Positions 56,038 through 62,111 of a stretch of DNA of 62,111 nt are shown here, piece by piece. The notes beneath the pieces are model-generated. The model searched no databases and had not been told where the DNA came from. It saw only the letters and a program-made list of their open reading frames with translations. Position numbers and translations under genes: made by a program. How positions within the stretch are numbered: position 1 is the first letter of the stretch; each line of letters opens with the position of its first letter. Source of the stretch: an uncultured Anaerolineae bacterium (GTDB lineage: Bacteria; Chloroflexota; Anaerolineae; JAFGEY01); contig CAZLMZ010000002.1 of the NCBI GenBank assembly GCA_964560475.1, positions 1 through 62,111 on the forward strand. Reading direction: 5' to 3'.

Positions 56038-57219
56038 GTGGAACTCTTTCAAAAGTGCTACAAGTTTACGCGGGCCCGGGAAGCGATGGAGACAGGCGAC
56101 TATCCGTATTTCATCCCGCTTTCCGACACCGAGGGTACAGAAGTCACAATCGATGGTCGAAAGCTGATCATGATCGGCTCGAACAACTACCTGGGGCTGA
56201 CCACCCATCCCAAGGTGCGGGAGGCGGCGATCGAAGCAGTACGCCAGTATGGTACGAGCTGTACGGGGTCTCGTTTTCTCAACGGCTCGCTGCGACTCCA
56301 CAACCAGTTGGAGGAGGAACTGGCAGATTTCGTCGGCAAGGAAGCAGCCGTAGTGTTCAGCACCGGGTACCAGGTGAACGTGGGCACGATCTCGGCGCTC
56401 GTGGGGCGGGGCGACGTGGTGATCACCGACAAGGAGGACCACGCCAGCATCATCGATGGTTGCCAGATGGCTCTCGGCGAAATGCTCCGCTTCCGGCACA
56501 GCGATATGAATAGCCTGGAGCGGGCGCTCTCGCGGTGCGAGCCAGATCAGGGCAAGCTGGTGGTGATAGATGGTGTGTACAGCATGGGCGGCGACATTGC
56601 GCCGCTGCCGGATATTGTCCCGCTGTGCCAAAAGTATGGCGCCCGGTTGATGGTGGACGACGCCCATGCTGTCGGTGTGCTCGGAGACTGCGGGCGGGGG
56701 ACGCCCGACTACTATGGGGTAACCGATGGCGTCGATCTAATCATGGGCACCTTTTCCAAGTCGTTTGCGTCGTTGGGAGGGTTTCTAGCAGGCGACGACG
56801 CGGTGATCCACTATGTGCAGCACCATGCCCGCTCCTTGATCTTTAGTGCCTCGATGCCTGCGGCGAACGTGGCGGCCTGCCTGGCCGCGCTCGACATCAT
56901 GCGCAGTGATCCGGGGCTCTCGCAGCGGGTGTGCGACATCGCGGCGCGTATGCGCGAGGGCTATCAGGCGCTGGGCTACAACACCGGTGCGAGCGAGACG
57001 CCGGTGGTGCCAATCATTATCGGGGACGACGACAAGACGTTCATGATGTGGCGTGCGCTCTTTGACGCCGGGGTATACACCAACCCCGTGATCCCGCCTG
57101 CCGTTCCGCCGAGCAAGTCGCTGCTGCGGACGAGTTATATGGCGACGCACACGGATGAGCAGATGGAACGGGTGCTCGGCCTGTTCGAGCAGGTGGGCAA
57201 GCAGGTCGGGGCGATCTAG
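56038..57219 (+). CDS. PLP-dependent alpha-oxoamine synthase, serine-palmitoyltransferase-like
   Basis: GSNNYLGL, GSRFLNGS, VFSTGYQVNVG, DHASIIDG, RFRHSDMNSLERAL, VVIDGVYSMGGDIAPL, DDAHAVG, GTFSKS (PLP Lys), LLRTSYMATHT. Confidence 0.8.
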   Translation: MELFQKCYKFTRAREAMETGDYPYFIPLSDTEGTEVTIDGRKLIMIGSNNYLGLTTHPKVREAAIEAVRQYGTSCTGSRFLNGSLRLHNQLEEELADFVGKEAAVVFSTGYQVNVGTISALVGRGDVVITDKEDHASIIDGCQMALGEMLRFRHSDMNSLERALSRCEPDQGKLVVIDGVYSMGGDIAPLPDIVPLCQKYGARLMVDDAHAVGVLGDCGRGTPDYYGVTDGVDLIMGTFSKSFASLGGFLAGDDAVIHYVQHHARSLIFSASMPAANVAACLAALDIMRSDPGLSQRVCDIAARMREGYQALGYNTGASETPVVPIIIGDDDKTFMMWRALFDAGVYTNPVIPPAVPPSKSLLRTSYMATHTDEQMERVLGLFEQVGKQVGAI

Positions 57220-57235
57220 CCGATACGAGCTCATT

Positions 57236-57267
57236 ACAGGGCCGCCAAAGCTTCTTGGCGGCCCTGT
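57236..57267 (+). terminator. Intrinsic terminator after the SPT-like gene
   Basis: Perfect 13-bp stem ACAGGGCCGCCAA / TTGGCGGCCCTGT with a 6-nt loop, followed by GTTTTA. Confidence 0.75.
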
Positions 57268-57270
57268 GTT

Positions 57271-58593
57271 TTACTGTCCTACCTTGGGCATGTCCCGGAG
57301 GGCTTCATAGGCTGGCTTGAGGCTGGCTTCCGGGTAGCCGGGGTAGGTGATCGCCCACCAGTATTCCTCTCGCTCCTCCGTCCAGTCCGAGTCAGCGATA
57401 TAGATCGTGCTCATCAAGGCAATCCAGGGCTGCCAGTGCTGCGCGGCATACTGGTAGGCACGCACCAAGTAGTCGGCCTGCTGTTCCAGTGTCACGGCGT
57501 GCCAGGAATAGCTGGGGTGGATGGTGTCTGTGGTCCAACCGAACTCGAGCAGCACCACGCGGCGCGCGCCATCGCCGTGCTGTTCCATGATCGCGCGCAG
57601 GTCCTCGACGTGGCGGAAGCAGAAGGTCCGATCCCCTCCATAGTCTTCATTTGCGGCGACTTCGTCGGGTGAGATCTCGGGCGGAGCCTTGTAGCCGGCG
57701 GCGTGCATGCCGACCATGTCGGCATAGTTCTGGAACCCTGCCTGGTACATGCGCTGCAAATAGTCCGCGTCGGGCATGACCTCGTCGTTCCAAATGCCTG
57801 TCGGGCTGAGACCTGCGCTGACCACGATCGCATCGGGGTCCGCCTCCTTGATGCGGCGGTAGGCGATGCTGAGCAGACGGGTGTACTCTTCCGGGCTAGG
57901 AGGCTGACCGCCCCATTCGCGCGCCAGATTAGGCTCGTTCCAGATCTGGTATGCGGCAATGCGTCCACGATAGCGCTCTGCCATAGCATAGCAAAAGTCC
58001 CCAAAGTCGTCATAGTTCTGCGGCGGCCCGTTCGGCGCGCCTGCACCGGTCCAGGCCGGCGCGCGGTCCAGGCGCGCGATGAGCTTGATCCCGGCCTCCT
58101 GGGCGTGCTGGACGACGCCGTCCGCTTGCGTCCAGTTAAAATGGTCCTTGGCTGCGCCCTCGATGTCGGACCAGGCAAAGACCTGCTTGACCCAGCGAAA
58201 GCCCATATCGCGGATTAGCCCCAGGTCGCGCGACGCCACTTCGGGCCGCCACCATAGGAAGGCCTGGATGCCATAGTCCGGAGAGGTCATCGCGACCGGG
58301 CCCTGCTCTGCTGTCGGCGTAGGCGTCGGGCTGGGCAGCTCCGTTGGCGAAGGGGCTGGAGTTGGCGTGCTGGTCGCGTCCGGTGTGAACGTCGGGACGA
58401 CGGGCGTCGCCGTGGACGTCGCCGTCGGTACCGTCTGTGGCTGAGCTGTCGACGTCGCTTGCTGGTTCCACGGGACGGGCGTCGGTACGCTGGGTTCCTG
58501 GCGCTGGCAGGCTGCGCCCGCGAGGACGATTGCGATCAGGCAGGTAGCCAGCAGTGCGTAGCGGCAGTGAGCCGCATTGCGCAATGGATTCAT
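57271..58593 (-). CDS. Secreted/lipoprotein glycoside hydrolase, clan GH-A (GH5-like)
   Basis: Signal with LAGAAC lipobox and a Pro/Thr linker. Acid/base region YQIWNEPN and nucleophile region LLEFGW. Paralogous to the C-terminus of the next gene. Confidence 0.7.
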   Translation of the reverse strand: MNPLRNAAHCRYALLATCLIAIVLAGAACQRQEPSVPTPVPWNQQATSTAQPQTVPTATSTATPVVPTFTPDATSTPTPAPSPTELPSPTPTPTAEQGPVAMTSPDYGIQAFLWWRPEVASRDLGLIRDMGFRWVKQVFAWSDIEGAAKDHFNWTQADGVVQHAQEAGIKLIARLDRAPAWTGAGAPNGPPQNYDDFGDFCYAMAERYRGRIAAYQIWNEPNLAREWGGQPPSPEEYTRLLSIAYRRIKEADPDAIVVSAGLSPTGIWNDEVMPDADYLQRMYQAGFQNYADMVGMHAAGYKAPPEISPDEVAANEDYGGDRTFCFRHVEDLRAIMEQHGDGARRVVLLEFGWTTDTIHPSYSWHAVTLEQQADYLVRAYQYAAQHWQPWIALMSTIYIADSDWTEEREEYWWAITYPGYPEASLKPAYEALRDMPKVGQ

Positions 58594-58674
58594 GTTTCCG
58601 TATCCCCCGTATGTCGTCAAGCAAAGGAGCACGGACCAGTGTCCGTGCTCCTCACCTGCAGCCATGATATGGCC

Positions 58675-61600
58675 CTACTTGGGCATATTACGCAGCGCGG
58701 TATAGGCAGGGCGCGGCGACCAGTCGCCACGCACGATGCTGTACTTGGCCATCTCGTTCTCGGCGCCCGCTGCGGGCCAGAAGTTGAGGTTCCAGAGGAA
58801 CATCACCCCGGCATGGCCCCAGTTGCGCGACCAGGTGTAGGCGCGGACGAGATAGTCCGCCTGTTGCTGCTCGTTGATGTCGTTGGCAAACTCGTAGCCT
58901 GGGCTGGCCGACACGCCCATGCCATCTGTCGTCGGCCATCCGAACTCGGTCGCCCAGATGCGCTTGCCGCCGTCACCGTTGGCGGCCATGATCCGATAGT
59001 AATCTTCCATGGTGTTGCGGAAGAAAAAGCTCGGGTGGTCATCAAAGCCACGGCTGGGATCAAAGTTCCCTCCGGTGTAGCGAACGTCGGGCGGGTTTGC
59101 ATAGCCACTGGGATGCGCGCCGACCGCGTCGCAGTAGTAGCGCAGACCAGCATTGTACATCTGCTGCAGGTAAGCACGGTCGTCGATCGCCCACACGCCA
59201 TCGCTGATGCCGGTAGGCGTCGGCGCACCGCTGACCACGATCGCGTTGGGGTCGGCGGCCTTGATCGCCTGGTAGGCACCTTTCAAGAGCCGTACATAGT
59301 CGGCCGCACTCAACGGGGCGCCTTCCCACTCGCGACTGAGGTTCTGCTCGTTCCAGATCTCATAGGCCTGCACCCGCCCCTTAAAGTGGGCAGCCATCGC
59401 CCCCATAAAGTTGTAGAAATCCTGATAGTTGTCGGGCGGGCCAACGCCCGATTTGCCACCGCGTGCCCATGCGGGCGCAGCCACCACGCTGAACAGCACC
59501 TTTACCCCGCTGGCGCTCGCAGTGTCGGCCAACGCATCGAGGCCGCCCCATCCGCGGTTTCCCCTGTCATACTCGATCTCTTGCCAGCGCACCTGCTGCT
59601 TGATCCAGCCAAAGCCCATGTCACGCACCGCAGTGGCAACGCGTGCCGTATCCAGGTGGGCTTGTACGCCGTAGCCAAAGCCGGTACCACGTGGCGCGGG
59701 CGCCGCTGGTGCGCTCGGCTGGGCCGCCTGCGGGGCCGGCGTCGGCGCTGGAGGTGCCTCGACGACCGGGAGGTCGCTCACCGAGACATTGACGCTCACG
59801 TAGGTCAAGATGACCCACGCCTCGTCCCCATCAGGGGTGACGACGACGACCCAGGTCCCTTCCTTGTTTCGGCCGACGACCTCAAGCGTGGTACCCTGGC
59901 GTACCTGGGTCACGCGCGCATAGTTGGTGCCGGGCCCGGCGCGGACGTTGAGAAGGCTGTTCGAGACCACCGCCTCAGGCTTGGCCTCTGCTACTTGCTG
60001 GGTTGGAGTCGGGGTCGGCGTAGGCGTCGCCTTTGTCGCTTCCTTCGTGGGTGTAGGGGTCGGCGTCGCTGTAGCCACGGGTTCGTCCACTTGGATCAGC
60101 GCCTGGCCTTGGACGGTTGCGCTCTGACCGTTGTCGGACGAGAGTCCGGCGATCACCGTGTAGCGGCCTGCCTCTTCTGGCGCAACCCACACGAGCCGTG
60201 GGTCGTTCAAGGGGGCCGTGAGCGACTCGACCTGGCCGCCGTCGGCGTCGGTGACTGTCCAGACCACGGCAAAGGGATCGCGCATCTCGGGAATCGTGCG
60301 GGTGTGATACTCGCGCACTACCTGCCAAACCAAGGGATCGTTGCCGTCTTCGAGGAGATAGGCGAAGGCCGCCCCGCCAAGGTTGTACTTGGCCAGTTGC
60401 TGCAGCTTGTGAGCAATGCTGGCGGCGTTCTCCAGCCATACGGTATGCTCTTCGCCACGCGCGTCATGGTAGCGGAACCAGTAGGCATGCGCTCCTTCGT
60501 CGTACATGATGCTGGTGCTGCCCTCACCGGCGCTCAGCTCAAAGACCACCTGCTCCTCCGGGCGGACCGCGTCGCGCTGGCCCTGTACCTGCACCTGGGT
60601 AAAGGGGGTCATTGCCTGCTCATAGGGCAGGTAGAGAGGATTGCCGCCGCGCATGTCGATGCTGCGCGTGGACAGCACGAACTGCAACCGCTGGCGGTTG
60701 ACCTGGCCAACTGCCCAGCGGATCAACTGCTCCATCTTGCCGTCTGCGACGTAGGCTTGCGGGTCAAGGATGGCCGGCACTTTGAGCGTGTCCGCCGACT
60801 GCCCAAGGCGCCGCCAGTCATAGACGCCTGTATCCCATTCGTCGTACGAGATTTGCCGTGGCAGGTCGACGCGCAGGCTGAGCGTTTTGCCAGCGTCGTG
60901 CAGAGCCTGAGACAGTTGACCGGCAAACTCGGCCAAGGCGTCGCGTAAGCCAGGGTTGATCGCACGATAGTCCAGTTCTATGCCTTGATAGCCCTGTCCT
61001 TCTACGAGCTGGACGATCTGCTCCACGTGCGTCTGCCTTGAGGCCTCATCAACCAGCATATTGTCGACCAAGTCGTTACGGATGGTGCCATCGGGATTGA
61101 CGTTAGAGAGAACGGGGCAGATGGCGTACCCGGACGCCGGGTCGACCTGCAGAGCCACCTGACCTGCGATCTGCCCTGCGTCGGCAATGGTCAGCCCTCG
61201 TGGGTTCAGTTCCACCAGGATGGCATTCGCCGATTCGGGCACTGCACCGACCGTGGTCTCGGCGGAGATGATGGGCGGGAGGGGGCGTGTCTGTGCTACG
61301 ACGAAATCGAGCTGCTCTGGAAGCTGATCCATCGTGCAGAGAACGACATCCTCGCTCGCGATCACCTGGCACGGCAGCCAGGCCCACGTCTCCCCGTTCC
61401 AGCCATATCCATCCAGCGTCTCGTAGGGAAGTGAGTCGTTCGGGATGGGTGCCGTGAGCAGCGCTTCGCCAGAGGACGCGCCACGCAGCGCGAGACGGTA
61501 GAGAGGGCTCTTGACGTCTAGGAAGCTGGGAAGGCTCTCTACGGCGGTGAGCAATTCATCACCGGCGGTGCCATCGAGGAACTCTGAGCGAGGGACTGAG

Positions 61601-61878
61601 GATAGCTTGGCCTTCACGCTTCCGTTCAGGGTGTCTGGCAGCACGGTGAACTCGGTGCCATCCGGATCGGCAATCGACCACGTTCCCTCGCCCAGTGTGG
61701 CAAAGCCGCCCTGTGTCAGGCGCTTGCCCAGGGACAGAGGAGGCAACCAAAGGACGCTGAGTACGATCGCCACAGCCAACACGACGTTGATCACCACCCC
61801 TCTAACCAATGGGCTTTGCCCGGTATCGTTGGGGGGTGGCGGATCGGAAACAGTCGGTTCGGGTTCGTATGCACTCAT
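58675..61878 (-). CDS. Large membrane-anchored multidomain protein: GH18-like (degenerate) + SH3b-like + clan GH-A domain
   Basis: N-terminal TM VVINVVLAVAIVLSVLWL. Central YQGIELDYR sits where GH18 has DGxDxDxE. Then a PT-rich linker and an SH3b-like segment LNVRAGPGTNYARVTQVRQGTTLEVVG. C-terminal YEIWNEQN and ATEFGW. Confidence 0.7.
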   Translation of the reverse strand: MSAYEPEPTVSDPPPPNDTGQSPLVRGVVINVVLAVAIVLSVLWLPPLSLGKRLTQGGFATLGEGTWSIADPDGTEFTVLPDTLNGSVKAKLSSVPRSEFLDGTAGDELLTAVESLPSFLDVKSPLYRLALRGASSGEALLTAPIPNDSLPYETLDGYGWNGETWAWLPCQVIASEDVVLCTMDQLPEQLDFVVAQTRPLPPIISAETTVGAVPESANAILVELNPRGLTIADAGQIAGQVALQVDPASGYAICPVLSNVNPDGTIRNDLVDNMLVDEASRQTHVEQIVQLVEGQGYQGIELDYRAINPGLRDALAEFAGQLSQALHDAGKTLSLRVDLPRQISYDEWDTGVYDWRRLGQSADTLKVPAILDPQAYVADGKMEQLIRWAVGQVNRQRLQFVLSTRSIDMRGGNPLYLPYEQAMTPFTQVQVQGQRDAVRPEEQVVFELSAGEGSTSIMYDEGAHAYWFRYHDARGEEHTVWLENAASIAHKLQQLAKYNLGGAAFAYLLEDGNDPLVWQVVREYHTRTIPEMRDPFAVVWTVTDADGGQVESLTAPLNDPRLVWVAPEEAGRYTVIAGLSSDNGQSATVQGQALIQVDEPVATATPTPTPTKEATKATPTPTPTPTQQVAEAKPEAVVSNSLLNVRAGPGTNYARVTQVRQGTTLEVVGRNKEGTWVVVVTPDGDEAWVILTYVSVNVSVSDLPVVEAPPAPTPAPQAAQPSAPAAPAPRGTGFGYGVQAHLDTARVATAVRDMGFGWIKQQVRWQEIEYDRGNRGWGGLDALADTASASGVKVLFSVVAAPAWARGGKSGVGPPDNYQDFYNFMGAMAAHFKGRVQAYEIWNEQNLSREWEGAPLSAADYVRLLKGAYQAIKAADPNAIVVSGAPTPTGISDGVWAIDDRAYLQQMYNAGLRYYCDAVGAHPSGYANPPDVRYTGGNFDPSRGFDDHPSFFFRNTMEDYYRIMAANGDGGKRIWATEFGWPTTDGMGVSASPGYEFANDINEQQQADYLVRAYTWSRNWGHAGVMFLWNLNFWPAAGAENEMAKYSIVRGDWSPRPAYTALRNMPK

Positions 61879-62020
61879 TTGTCCGTCTCTACTCCTTTTC
61901 TGCTTGCAGGGACGACAACAGCACTATGTAGGTTGGATGATGTGGGTAACAGAAGGCCGTCGTGGGTCATCTCCCCCGATGCCGAATGCCACGACGCCTC
62001 TTCCGCGGTGAACGCGGCGT

Positions 62021-62048
62021 ATTGTAACACGGTTCAGCCAAATGTCAA
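62021..62048 (-). promoter_or_regulatory. Promoter for the 1067-aa GH-domain gene (TTGACA-16-TACAAT, TGT extended -10)
   Basis: Minus strand reads TTGACAtttggctgaaccgtgtTACAAT; ~140-nt leader. Confidence 0.55.
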
Positions 62049-62059
62049 AAACCGGAATG

Positions 62060-62088
62060 TTGACCCTGCGTGGTGGCTGTGCTATCAT
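62060..62088 (+). promoter_or_regulatory. Rightward promoter (TTGACC-17-TATCAT) for a gene beyond the window end
   Basis: ttgaccctgcgtggtggctgtgctatcat. Its target is not visible. Confidence 0.5.
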
Positions 62089-62111
62089 AGAAGCCGTGGG
62101 TACAGGGGGGT

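Noticed and set aside
58459-60948. 829-aa ORF on the plus strand
   Set aside because: It lies fully antisense to the well-supported 1067-aa GH-domain gene. Its composition is Arg/Gly/Ala/His-rich with no motifs, which is the typical long antisense ORF of GC-rich DNA.
1-62111. Mobile elements, prophage, defence islands, CRISPR, rRNA/tRNA genes
   Set aside because: I saw no transposase, integrase, recombinase, reverse transcriptase, cas, restriction or toxin-like ORF, and no tRNA-like T-arm sequences in intergenic regions. A tRNAscan/Infernal run would be needed for certainty.

Overview
GC-rich, densely coding bacterial chromosomal segment with about 50 protein genes on both strands. I saw no rRNA, tRNA, CRISPR array, transposase, integrase or phage genes by eye. 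Gene content (PASTA kinase, YfhO and GT39 membrane glycosyltransferases, many TPR proteins, ThyX, GatB) and many near-consensus TTGACA/TATAAT promoters suggest a Chloroflexota-like organism; this is inference only. Most genes are housekeeping: thyX plus dCMP deaminase, fadD, ftsH, gatB, xseAB, arfB, trkHA, tpiA, tlyA, rtcA, rnz. The observations most worth follow-up are listed here. (1) An adjacent serine-palmitoyltransferase-like and 3-ketodihydrosphingosine-reductase-like gene pair (55132..57219) is a candidate sphingoid-base module. (2) A zinc-ribbon pseudokinase is fused to seven ~102-aa Ig-like repeats (29275..32610). (3) A membrane-anchored protein with six tandem OB folds is followed by a membrane-anchored helix-hairpin-helix protein (35679..38381). 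(4) A colinear ~132-aa C-terminal domain is shared by the PASTA kinase and the GT39 glycosyltransferase. (5) Two translationally coupled thymidylate-kinase-like paralogues sit in tandem, one with a degenerate P-loop. (6) The dCMP deaminase gene carries a 1-nt frameshift. (7) A 520-nt intergenic region holds its own promoter and stable hairpins. All functional calls come from motif recognition by eye; no database search was run.
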